A DNA stretch of 64,000 nt, from the NCBI RefSeq assembly GCF_009914755.1, contig NC_060925.1; one strand, 5' to 3'. The translations under genes were made by a program, and so were the position numbers. Within the stretch, counting starts at the first letter, position 1. Every line of letters begins with the position of its first letter. The notes beneath the pieces are model-generated. The model ran no database searches and was not told the DNA's origin. It saw only the letters and a list, made by a program, of their open reading frames with translations. Shown here piece after piece: positions 1 through 12,819 of the stretch. This DNA is from the human T2T-CHM13v2.0 reference genome, Homo sapiens.

Positions 1-1444
1 TGGAAACGAATGGAATCATCATCGAATGGAAATGAAAGGAGTCATCATCTAATGGAATTGCATGGAATCATCATAAAATGGAATCGAATGGAATCAACAT
101 CAAATGGAATCAAATGGAATCATTGAACGGAATTGAATGGAATCGTCATCGAATGAATTGACTGCAATCATCCAATGGTCTCGAATGGAATCATCTTCAA
201 ATGGAATGGAATGGAATCATCGCATAGAATCGAATGGAATTATCATCGAATGGAATCGAAGGGAATCAACATCCAACGGAAAAAAACGGAATTATCGAAT
301 GGAATCGAAGAGAATCATCGAATGGACCCGAATGGAATCATGTAATGGAATGGAATGGAATAATCCATGGACTCGAATGCAATCATCATCGAATGGAATC
401 GAATGGAATCATCGAATGGACTCGAATGGAATAATCATTGAACGGAATCGAATGGAATCATCATCGGATGGAAATGAATGGAATCATCATCGAATGGAAT
501 CGAATATAATTATGGAATGAAATCCAGTGTGATCATCATCGAATGGACCCGAATGGAATCATCATCCAACGGAAGCTAATGGAATCAACATCGAATGAAT
601 CAAATGGAAACACCATCGAATTGAAACGAATGGAATTATCATGAAATTGAAATGGATGGACTCATCATCGAATGGATTCGAATGGAATCATCGAATAAAA
701 TTGATTGAAATCATCATCGAATGGAATCGAATGGTATCATTGAATGGAATCGAATGGAATCATCATCAGATGGAAATGAATGGAATCGTCATAGAATGGA
801 ATCGAATGGATTCATTGAATGGAATCAGATGGAATCATCGAATGGACTGGAATGGAATCATTGAATGGACTCGATAGGGATCATTATTGAATGGAATTGA
901 ATGGAATCATCGAATGGTCTCGATTGGAATCATTATCAAATGGAATCGAATGGAATCACCGAATAGAATCGAATGGAACAATCATCGAATGGACTCAAAT
1001 GGAATTATCCTCAAATGGAATCGAATGGAATTATCGAATGCAATCGAATGGAATTATCGAATGCAATCGAATAGAATCATCGAATGGACTCGAATGGAAT
1101 CATCGAATAGAATGGAATAGAACAGTCAATGAACTCGAATGGAATCATCATTGAATGGAATCGAATGGAATCATCGAGTGGAATCGAATGGAATTATGAT
1201 CAAATGGAATCGAATGTAATCATCATCAAATGGAATCAAAAATAACCATCATCAATTGGTATTGAATGGAATTGTCATCAAATGGAATTCAAAGGAATCA
1301 TCATCAAATGGAACCGAATGGAATCCTCATTGAATGGAAATGAAAGGGGTCATCATCTAATGGAATCGCATGGAATCATCATAAAATGGAATCGAATGGA
1401 ATCAACATCAAATGGAATCAAATGGAATCATTGAACGGAATTGA

Positions 1445-2039
1445 ATGGAATCGTCATCGAATGAATTGGATGCAATCATCGAATGGTCTCGAATGGAATC
1501 TTCTTCAAATGGAATGGAATGGAATCATCGCATAGAATCGAATGGAATTATCATCGAATGGAATCGAATGGAATCAACATCAAACGGAAAAAAACGGAAT
1601 TATCGAATGGAATCGAAGAGAATCATCGAATGGACCCGAATGGAATCATCTAATGGAATGGAATGGAATAATCCATGGACTCGAATGCAATCATCATCGA
1701 ATGGAATCGAATGGAATCATCGAATGAACTCGAATGGAATCATCATTGAATGGAATCGAATGGAATCATCGAGTGGAATCGAATGGAATTATGATCAAAT
1801 GGAATCGAATGTAATCATCATCAAATGGAATCAAAAATAACCATCATCAATTGGTATTCAATGGAATTGTCATCAAATGGAATTCAAAGGAATCATCATC
1901 AAATGGAACCGAATGGAATCCTCATTGAATGGAAATGAAAGGGGTCATCATCTAATGGAATCACATGGAATCATCATCAAATGGAATCGAATGGAATCTT
2001 CATCAAATGGAATCTAATGGAATCATTGAACAGAATTGA
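1445..2039 (+). repeat. Truncated 595-bp variant unit (internal 713-bp deletion relative to the 1308-bp B+tail segment)
   Basis: A B-like subunit from 1445 jumps at ~1725 (ggaatcatcgaatgaactcgaatgg) straight to the late tail (gagtgg...aaaaataacc). EcoRI sites at 1285 and 1880 are 595 bp apart. Confidence 0.88.
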
Positions 2040-3324
2040 ATGGAATCGTCATCGAATGAATTGAATGCAATCATCGAATGGTCTCGAATGGAATCATCTT
2101 CTAATGGAAAGGAATGGAAACATCGCATAGAATCGAATGGAATTATCATCGAATGGAATCGAATGGTATCAACATCAAACGGAAAAAAACGGAATTATCG
2201 AAAGGAATCGAAGAGAATCTTCGAACGGACCCGAATGGAATCATCTAATGGAATGGAATGGAATAATCCATGGACTCGAATGCAATCATCATCGAATGGA
2301 ATCGAATGGAATCATCGAATGGACTCGAATGGAATAATCATTGAACGGAATCGAATGGAATCATCATCGGATGGAAATGAATGGAATCATCATCGAATGG
2401 AATCGAATAGAATTATGGAATGAAATCCAGTGTGATCATCATCGAATGGACCCGAATGGAATCATCATCCAACAGAAGCTAATGGAATCAACATCGCATG
2501 AATCGAATGGAAACACCATCGAATTCAAACGAATGGAATTACCATGAAATTGAAATGGATGGACTCATCATCGAATGGATTCGGATGGAATCATCGAATA
2601 AAATTGATTGAAATCATCATCGAATGAAATCGAATGGTATCATTGAATGGAATCGAATGGAATCATCATCAGATGGAAATGAATGGAATCGTCATAGAAT
2701 GGAATCGAATGGATTCATTGAATGGAATCAGATGGAATCATCGAATGGACTGGAATGGAATCATTGAATGGACTCGAAAGGGATCATGATTGAATGGAAT
2801 TGAATGGAATCATCGAATGGTCTCGATTGGAATCATTATTAAATGGAATCGAATGGAATCACCGAATAGAATCCAATGGAACAATCATCGAATGGACTCA
2901 AATGGAATTATCCTTAAATGGAATCGAATGGAATTATCGAATGCAATCGAATAGAATCATCGAATGGACTCGAATGGAATCATCGAATGGAATGGAATGG
3001 AACAGTCAATGAACTCGAATGGAATCATCATTGAATGGAATCGAATGGAATCATCGAGTGGAATCGAATGGAATTATGATCAAATGGAATCGAATCTAAT
3101 CATCATCAAATGGAATCAAAAATAACCATCATCAATTGGTATTGAATGGAATTGTCATCAAATGGAATTCAAAGGAATCATCATCAAATGGAACCGAATG
3201 GAATCCTCATTGAATGGAAATGAAAGGGGTCATCATCTAATGGAATCGCATGGAATCATCATCAAATGGAATCGAATGGAATCATCATCAAATGGAATCT
3301 AATGGAATCATTGAACAGAATTGA
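2040..3324 (+). repeat. Diverged 1285-bp variant unit (single A/B hybrid subunit, one 23-mer missing)
   Basis: An A-type head runs directly into the B tail (gaatagaattatgg at ~2405). There is only one ggaattatcgaatgcaatcgaat copy (2930-2952), and 1308-23=1285. It carries several private substitutions, including an extra GAATTC at 2521. Confidence 0.87.
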
Positions 3325-3792
3325 ATGGAATCGTCATCGAATGAATTGAATGCAATCATCGAATGGTCTCGAATGGAATCATCTTCTAATGGAAAGGAAT
3401 GGAATCATCGCTTAGAATCGAATGGAATTATCATCGAATGGAATCGAATGGTATCAACACCAAACGGAAAAAAACGGAATTATCGAATGGAATCGAAGAG
3501 AATCTTCGAACGGACCCGAATGGAATCATCTAATGGAATGGAATGGAATAATCCATGGACTCGAATGCAATCATCATCGAATGGAATCGAATGGAATCAT
3601 CGAATGGACTCGAATGGAATAATCATTGAACGGAATCGAATGGAATCATCATCGGATGGAAACGAATGGAATCATCATCGAATGGAAATGAAAGGAGTCA
3701 TCATCTAATGGAATTGCATGGAATCATCATAAAATGGAATCGAATGGAATCAACATCAAATGGAATCAAATGGAATCATTGAACGGAATTGA

Positions 3793-4407
3793 ATGGAATC
3801 GTCATCGAATGAATTGACTGCAATCATCGAATGGTCTCGAATGTAATCACATTCTAATGGAAAGGAATGGAATCATCGCATAGAATCGAATGGAATTAAC
3901 ATTGAATGGACTCGAATGGAATCAACATCAAACGGAATCAAGCGGAATTATCGAATGGAATCGAAGAGAATCATCGAATGGTCTCGAATGGAATCATCTT
4001 CTAATGGAAAGGAATGGAATCATCGCATAGAATCGAATGGAATTAACATTGAATGGACTCGAATGGAATCAACATCAAATGGAATCAAGCGGAATTATCG
4101 AATGAAATCGAAGAGAATCATCGAATGGACTCGAATGGAATCATCTAATGGAATGGAATGGAATAATCCACGGACTCGAATGCAATCACCATCGTATAGA
4201 ATCGAATGGAATCATCGAATGGACTCGAATGGAATAATCATTGAACGGAAGCGAATGGAATCATCATCGGATGGAAACGAATGGAATCATCATCGAATGG
4301 AAATGAAAGGAGTCATCATCTAATGGAATTGCATGGAATCATCATAAAATGGAATCGAATGGAATCAAAATCAAATGGAATCAAATGGAATCATTGAACG
4401 GAATTGA
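3793..4407 (+). repeat. Extra 615-bp diverged HSat2 block (468-bp subunit homolog + internal 147-bp duplication)
   Basis: It lies between the A at 3325 and the B at 4408. It contains ggaattaacattgaatggactcg and ggaatcaagcggaattatcg twice, 147 bp apart (attaac at 3895 and 4042). I did not see these motifs anywhere else in the window. Confidence 0.87.
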
Positions 4408-4847
4408 ATGGAATCGTCATCGAATGAATTGACTGCAATCATCGAATGGTCTCGAATGGAATCATCTTCAAATGGAATGGAATGGAATCATCGCATAGAA
4501 TCGAATGGAATTATCATCGAATGGAATCGAATGGAATCAACATCAAACGGAAAAAAACGGAATTATCGAATGGAATCGAAGAGAATCATCGAATGGACCC
4601 GAATGGAATCATCTAATGGAATGGAATGGAATAATCCATGGACTCGAATGCAATCATCATCGAATGGAATCGAATGGAATCATCGAATGGACTCGAATGG
4701 AATAATCATTGAACGGAATCGAATGGAATCATCATCGGATGGAAATGAATGGAATCATCATCGAATGGAATCGAATAGAATTATGGAATGAAATCCAGTG
4801 TGATCATCATCGAATGGACCCGAATGGAATCATCATCCAACGGAAGC

Positions 4848-4858
4848 TAATGGAATCA
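4848..4858 (+). promoter_or_regulatory. DUX4 consensus-matching motif TAATGGAATCA (tail site; representative, recurs in nearly every full unit)
   Basis: ggaagcTAATGGAATCAac matches the published DUX4 consensus TAAYBBAATCA. HSATII is a known DUX4-bound and DUX4-induced repeat. Binding at this copy is not demonstrated. Confidence 0.5.
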
Positions 4859-5690
4859 ACATCGAATGAATCGAATGGAAACACCATCGAATTGAAACGA
4901 ATGGAATTATCATGAAATTGAAATGGATGGACTCATCATCGGATGGATTCGAATGGAATCATCGAATAAAATTGATTGAAATCATCATCCAATGGAATCG
5001 AATGGTATCATTGAATGGAATCGAATGGAATCATCATCAGATGGAAATGAATGGAATCGTCATAGAATGGAATCGAATGGATTCATTGAATGGAATCAGA
5101 TGGAATCATCGAATGGACTGGAATGGAATCATTGAATGGACTCGAAAGGGATCATGATTGAATGGAATTGAATGGAATCATCGAATGGTCTCGATTGGAA
5201 TCATTATCAAATGGAATCGAATGGAATCACCGAATAGAATCGAATGGAACAATCATCGAATGGACTCAAATGGAATTATCCTCAAATGGAATCGAATGGA
5301 ATTATCGAATGCAATCGAATGGAATTATCGAATGCAATCGAATAGAATCATCGAATGGACTCGAATGGAATCATCGAATGGAATGGAATGGAACAGTCAA
5401 TGAACTCGAATGGAATCATCATTGAATGGAATCGAATGGAATCATCGAGTGGAATCGAATGGAATTATGATCAAATGCAATCGAATGTAATCCTCATCAA
5501 ATGGAATCAAAAATAACCATCATCAATTGGTATTGAATGGAATTGTCATCAAATGGAATTCAAAGGAATCATCATCAAATGGAACCGAATGGAATCCTCA
5601 TTGAATGGAAATGAAAGGGGTCATCATCTAATGGAATCGCATGGAATCATCATCAAATGGAATCGAATGGAATCATCATCAAATGGAATC

Positions 5691-5701
5691 TAATGGAATC
5701 A
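5691..5701 (+). promoter_or_regulatory. DUX4 consensus-matching motif TAATGGAATCA (A lead-in site; representative)
   Basis: ggaatcTAATGGAATCAttgaacag lies 25 bp upstream of each A landmark. The paralogous B lead-in reads aaatggaatca and does not match. Confidence 0.5.
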
Positions 5702-8700
5702 TTGAACAGAATTGAATGGAATCGTCATCGAATGAATTGAATGCAATCATCGAATGGTCTCGAATGGAATCATCTTCTAATGGAAAGGAATGGAATCATC
5801 GCATAGAATCGAATGGAATTATCATCGAATGGAATCGAATGGTATCAACACCAAACGGAAAAAAACGGAATTATCGAATGGAATCGAAGAGAATCTTCGA
5901 ACGGACCCGAATGGAATCATCTAATGGAATGGAATGGAATAATCCATGGACTCGAATGCAATCATCATCGAATGGAATCGAATGGAATCATCGAATGGAC
6001 TCGAATGGAATAATCATTGAACGGAATCGAATGGAATCATCATCGGATGGAAACGAATGGAATCATCATCGAATGGAAATGAAAGGAGTCATCATCTAAT
6101 GGAATTGCATGGAATCATCATAAAATGGAATCGAATGGAATCAACATCAAATGGAATCAAATGGAATCATTGAACGGAATTGAATGGAATCGTCATCGAA
6201 TGAATTGACTACAATCACCGAATGATCTCGAATGGAATCATCTTCAAATGGAATGAAATGGAATCATCGCATAGAATCGAATGGAATTATCATCGAATGG
6301 AATCGAATGGAATCAACATCAAACGGAAAAAAACAGAATTATCGTATGGAATCGAAGAGAATCATCGAATGGACCCGAATGGAATCATCTAATGGAATGG
6401 AATGGAATAATCCATGGACTCGAATGCAATCATCATCGAATGGAATCGAATGGAATCATCGAATGGACTCGAATGGAATAATCATTGAACGGAATCGAAT
6501 GGAATCATCATCGGATGGAAATGAATGGAATCATCATCGAATGGAATCGAATAGAATTATGGAATGAAATCCAGTGTGATCATCATCGAATGGACCCGAA
6601 TGGAATCATCATCCAACGGAAGCTAATGGAATCAACATCGAATGAATCGAATGGAAACACCATCGAATTGAACCGAATGGAATTATCATGAAATTGAAAT
6701 GGATGGACTCATCATCGAATGGATTCGAATGGAATCATCGAATAAAATTGATTGAAATCATCATCGAATGGAATCGAATGGTATCATTGAATGGAATCGA
6801 ATGGAATCATCATCAGATGGAAATGAATGGAATCGTCATAGAATGGAATCGAATGGATTCATTGAATGGAATCAGATGGAATCATCGAATGGACTGGAAT
6901 GGAATCATTGAATGGACTCGAAAGGGATCATTATTGAATGGAATTGAATGGAATCATCGAATGGTCTCGATTGGAATCATTATCAAATGGAATCGAATGG
7001 AATCACCGAATAGAATCGAATGGAACAATCATCGAATGGACTCAAATGGAATTATCCTCAAATGGAATGGAATGGAATTATCGAATGCAATCGAATGGAA
7101 TTATAGAATGCAATCGAATAGAATCATCGAATGGACTCGAATGGAATCATCGAATGGAATGGAATGGAACAGTCAATGAACTCGAATGGAATCATCATTG
7201 AATGGAATCGAATGGAATCATCGAGTGGAATCGAATGGAATTATGATCAAATGGAATCGAATGTAATCATCATCAAATGGAATCAAAAATAACCATCATC
7301 AATTGGTATTGAATGGAATTGTCATCAAATGGAATTCAAAGGAATCATCATCAAATGGAACCGAATGGAATCCTCATTGAATGGAAATGAAAGGGGTCAT
7401 CATCTAATGGCATCGCATGGAATCATCATCAAATGGAATCGAATGGAATCATCATCAAATGGAATCTAATGGAATCATTGAACAGAATTGAATGGAATGG
7501 TCATCGAATGAATTGAATGCAATCATCGAATGGTCTCGAATGGAATCATCTTATAATGGAAAGGAATGGAATCATCGCATAGAATCGATTGGAATTATCA
7601 TCGAATGGAATCGAATGGTATCAACACCAAACGGAAAAAAACGGAATTATCGAATGGAATCGAAGAGAATCTTCGAACGGACCCGAATGGAATCATCTAA
7701 TGGAATGGAATGGAATAATCCATGGACTCGAATGCAATCATCATCGAATGGAATCGAATGGAATCATCGAATGGACTCGAATGGAATAATCATTGAACGG
7801 AATCGAATGGAATCATCATCGGATGGAAACGAATGGAATCATCATCGAATGGAAATGAAAGGAGTCATCATCTAATGGAATTGCATGGAATCATCATAAA
7901 ATGGAATCGAATGGAATCAACATCAAATGGAATCAAATGGAATCATTGAACGGAATTGAATGGAATCGTCATCGAATGAATTGACTGCAATCATCCAATG
8001 GTCTCGAATGGAATCATCTTCAAATGGAATGGAATGGAATCATCGCATAGAATCGAATGGAATTATCATCGAATGGAATCGAATGGAATCAACATCAAAC
8101 GGAAAAAAACGGAATTATCGAATGGAATCGAAGAGAATCATCGAATGGACCCGAATGGAATCATCTAATGGAATGGAATGGAATAATCCATGGACTCGAA
8201 TGCAATCATCATCGAATGGAATCGAATGGAATCATCCAATGGACTCGAATGGAATAATCATTGAACGGAATCGAATGGAATCATCATCGGATGGAAATGA
8301 ATGGAATCATCATCAAATGGAATCGAATAGAATTATGGAATGAAATCCAGTGTGATCATCATCGAATGGACCCGAATGGAATCATCATCCAACGGAAGCT
8401 AATGGAATCAACATCGAATGAATCAAATGGAAACACCATCGAATTGAAACGAATGGAATTATCATGAAATTGAAATGGATGGACTCATCATCGAATGGAT
8501 TCGAATGGAATCATCGAATAAAATTGATTGAAATCATCATCGAATGGAATCGAATGGTATCATTGAATGGAATCGAATGGAATCATCATCAGATGGAAAT
8601 GAATGGAATCGTCATAGAATGGAATCGAATGGATTCATTGAATGGAATCAGATGGAATCATCGAATGGACTGGAATGGAATCATTGAATGGACTCGAAAG

Positions 8701-11700
8701 GGATCATTATTGAATGGAATTGAATGGAATCATCGAATGGTCTCGATTGGAATCATTATCAAATGGAATCGAATGGAATCACCGAATAGAATCGAATGGA
8801 ACAATCATCGAATGGACTCAAATGGAATTATCCTCCAATGGAATGGAATGGAATTATCGAATGCAATCGAATGGAATTATCGAATGCAATCGAATAGAAT
8901 CATCGAATGGACTCGAATGGAATCATCGAACGGAATGGAATGGAACAGTCAATGAACTCGAATGGAATCATCATTGAATGGAATCGAATGGAATCATCGA
9001 GTGGAATCGAATGGAATTATGATCAAATGGAATCGAATGTAATCATCATCAAATGGAATCAAAAATAACCATCATCAATTGGTATTGAATGGAATTGTCA
9101 TCAAATGGAATTCAAAGGAATCATCATCAAATGGAACCGAATGGAATCCTCATTGAATGGAAATGAAAGGGGTCATCATCTAATGGAATCGCATGGAATC
9201 ATCATCAAATGGAATCGAATGGAATCACCATCAAATGGAATCTAATGGAATCATTGAACAGAATTGAATGGAATCGTCATCGAATGAATTGAATGCAATC
9301 ATCGAATGGTCTCGAATGGATTCATCTTCTAATGAAAAGGAATGGAATCATCGCATAGAATCGAATGGAATTATCATCGAATGGAATCGAATGGTATCAA
9401 CACCAAACGGAAAAAAACGGAATTATCGAATGGAATCGAAGAGAATCTTCGAACGGACCCGAATGGAATCATCTAATGGAATGGAATGGAATAATCCATG
9501 GACTCGAATGCAATCATCATCGAATGGAATCGAATGGAATCATCGAATGGACTCGAATGGAATAATCATTGAACGGAATCGATTGGAATCATCATCGGAT
9601 GGAAACGAATGGAATCATCATCGAATGGAAATGAAAGGAGTCATCATCTAATGGAATTGCATGGAATCATCATAAAATGGAATCGAATGGAATCAACATC
9701 AAATGGAATCAAATGGAATCATTGAACGGAATTGAATGGAATCGTCATCGAATGAATTGACTGCAATCATCCAATGGTCTCGAATGGAATCATCTTCAAA
9801 TGGAATGGAATGGAATCATCGCATAGAATCGAATGGAATTATCATCGAATGGAATCGAATGGAATCAACATCCAACGGAAAAAAACGGAATTATCGAATG
9901 GAATTGAAGAGAATCATCGAATGGACCCGAATGGAATCATGTAATGGAATGGAATGGAATAATCCATGGACTCGAATGCAATCATCATCGAATGGAATCG
10001 AATGGAATCATCGAATGGACTCGAATGGAATAATCATTGAACGGAATCGAATGGAATCATCATCGGATGGAAATGAATGGAATCATCATCGAATGGAATC
10101 GAATAGAATTATGGAATGAAATCCAGTGTGATCATCATCGAATGGACCCGAATGGAATCATCATCCAACGGAAGCTAATGGAATCAACATCGAATGAATC
10201 AAATGGAAACACCATCGAATTGAAACGAATGGAATTATCATGAAATTGAAATGGATGGACTCATCGTCGAATGGATTCGAATGGAATCATCGAATAAAAT
10301 TGATTGAAATCATCATCGAATGGAATCGAATGGTATCATTGAATGGAATCGAATGGAATCATCATCAGATGGAAATGAATGGAATCGTCATAGAATGGAA
10401 TCGAATGGATTTATTGAATGGAATCAGATGGAATCATCGAATGGACTGGAATGGAATCATTGAATGGACTCGAAAGGGATCATGATTGAATGGAATTGAA
10501 TGGAATCATCGAATGGTCTCGATTGGAATCATTATCAAATGGAATCGAATGGAATCACCGAATAGAATCGAATGGAACAATCATCGAATGGACTCAAATG
10601 GAATTATCCTCAAATGGAATCGAATGGAATTATCGAATGCAATCGAATGGAATTATCGAATGCAATCGAATAGAATCATCGAATGGACTCGAATGGAATC
10701 ATCGAATGGAATGGAATGGAACAGTCAATGAACTCGAATGGAATCATCATTGAATGGAATCGAATGGAATCATCGAGTGGAATCGAATGGAATTATGATC
10801 AAATGGAATCGAATGTAATCATCATCAAATGGAATCAAAAATAACCATCATCAATTGGTATTGAATGGAATTGTCATCAAATGGAATTCAAAGGAATCAT
10901 CATCAAATGGAACCGAATGGAATCCTCATTGAATGGAAATGAAAGGGGTCATCATCTAATGGAATCGCATGGAATCATCATAAAATGGAATCGAATGAAA
11001 TCAACATCAAATGGAATCAAATGGAATCATTGAACGGAATTGAATGGAATCGTCATCGAATGAATTGGATGCAATCATCGAATGGTCTCGAATGGAATCT
11101 TCTTCAAATGGAATGGAATGGAATCATCGCATAGAATCGAATGGAATTATCATCGAATTTAATGGAATGGAATCAACATCAAACGGAAAAAAACGGAATT
11201 ATCGAATGGAATCGAAGAGAATCATCGAATGGACCCGAATGGAATCATCTAATGGAATGGAATGGAATAATCCATGGACTCGAATGCAATCATCATCGAA
11301 TGGAATCGAATGGAATCATCGAATGGAGTCGAATGGAATAATCATTGAACGGAATCGATTGGAATCATCATCGGATGGAAACGAATGGAATCATCATCGA
11401 ATGGAAATGAAAGGAGTCATCATCTAATGGAATTGCATGGAATCATCATAAAATGGAATCGAATGGAATCAACATCAAATGGAATCAAATGGAATCATTG
11501 AACGGAATTGAATGGAATCGTCATCGAATGAATTGACTGCAATCATCCAATGGTCTCGAATGGAATCATCTTCAAATGGAATGGAATGGAATCATCGCAT
11601 AGAATCGAATGGAATTATCATCGAATGGAATCGAATGGAATCAACATCCAACGGAAAAAAACGGAATTATCGAATGGAATCGAAGAGAATCATCGAATGG

Positions 11701-12819
11701 ACCCGAATGGAATCATCTAATGGAATGGAATGGAATAATCCATGGACTCGAATGCAATCATCATCGAATGGAATCGAATGGAATCATCGAATGGACTCGA
11801 ATGGAATAATCATTGAACGGAATCGAATGGAATCATCATCGGATGGAAATGAATGGAATCATCATCGAATGGAATCGAATACAATTATGGAATGAAATCC
11901 AGTGTGATCATCATCGAATGGACCCGAATGGAATCATCATCCAACGGAAGCTAATGGAATCAACATCGAATGAATCAAATGGAAACACCATCGAATTGAA
12001 ACGAATGGAATTATCATGAAATTGAAATGGATGGACTCATCATCGAATGGATTCGAAAGGAATCATCGAATAAAATTGATTGAAATCATCATCGAATGGA
12101 ATCGAATGGTATCATTGAATGGAATCGAATGGAATCATCATCAGATGGAAATGAATGGAATCGTCATAGAATGGAATCGAATGGATTCATTGAATGGAAT
12201 CAGATGGAATCATCGAATGGACTGGAATGGAATCATTGAATGGACTCGAAAGGGATCATGATTGAATGGAATTGAATGGAATCATCAAATGGTCTCGATT
12301 GGAATCATTATCAAATGGAATCGAATGGAATCACCGAATAGAATCGAATGGAACAATCATCGAATGGACTCAAATGGAATTATCCTCAAATGGAATCGAA
12401 TGGAATTATCGAATGCAATCGAATGGAATTATCGAATGCAATCGAATAGAATGATCGAATGGACTCGAATGGAATCATTGAATGGAATGGAATGGAACAG
12501 TCAATGAACTCGAATGGAATCATCATTGAATGGAATCGAATGGAATCATCGAGTGGAATCGAATGGAATTATGATCAAATGGAATCGAATGTAATCATCA
12601 TCAAATGGAATCAAAAATAACCATCATCAATTGCTATTGAATGGAATTGTCATCAAATGGAATTCAAAGGAATCAATATCAAATGGAACCGAATGGAATC
12701 CTCATTGAATGGAAATGAAAGGGGTCATCATCTAATGGAATCGCATGGAATCATCATCAAATGGAATCGAATGGAATCATCATCAAATGGAATCTAATGG
12801 AATCATTGAACAGAATTGA

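Noticed and set aside
694-699. AATAAA polyadenylation-like hexamer once per unit
   Set aside because: It is a single-base-type variant of the repeat (gaataaaattg) in A-rich sequence. There is no clear downstream GU/U-rich element and no transcript evidence available.
5889-5905. Possible heat-shock element (gagaatcttcgaacgg) in subunit A
   Set aside because: It has only two correctly spaced inverted nGAAn units, and a canonical HSE needs three. HSF1 stress bodies are chiefly associated with HSat3.
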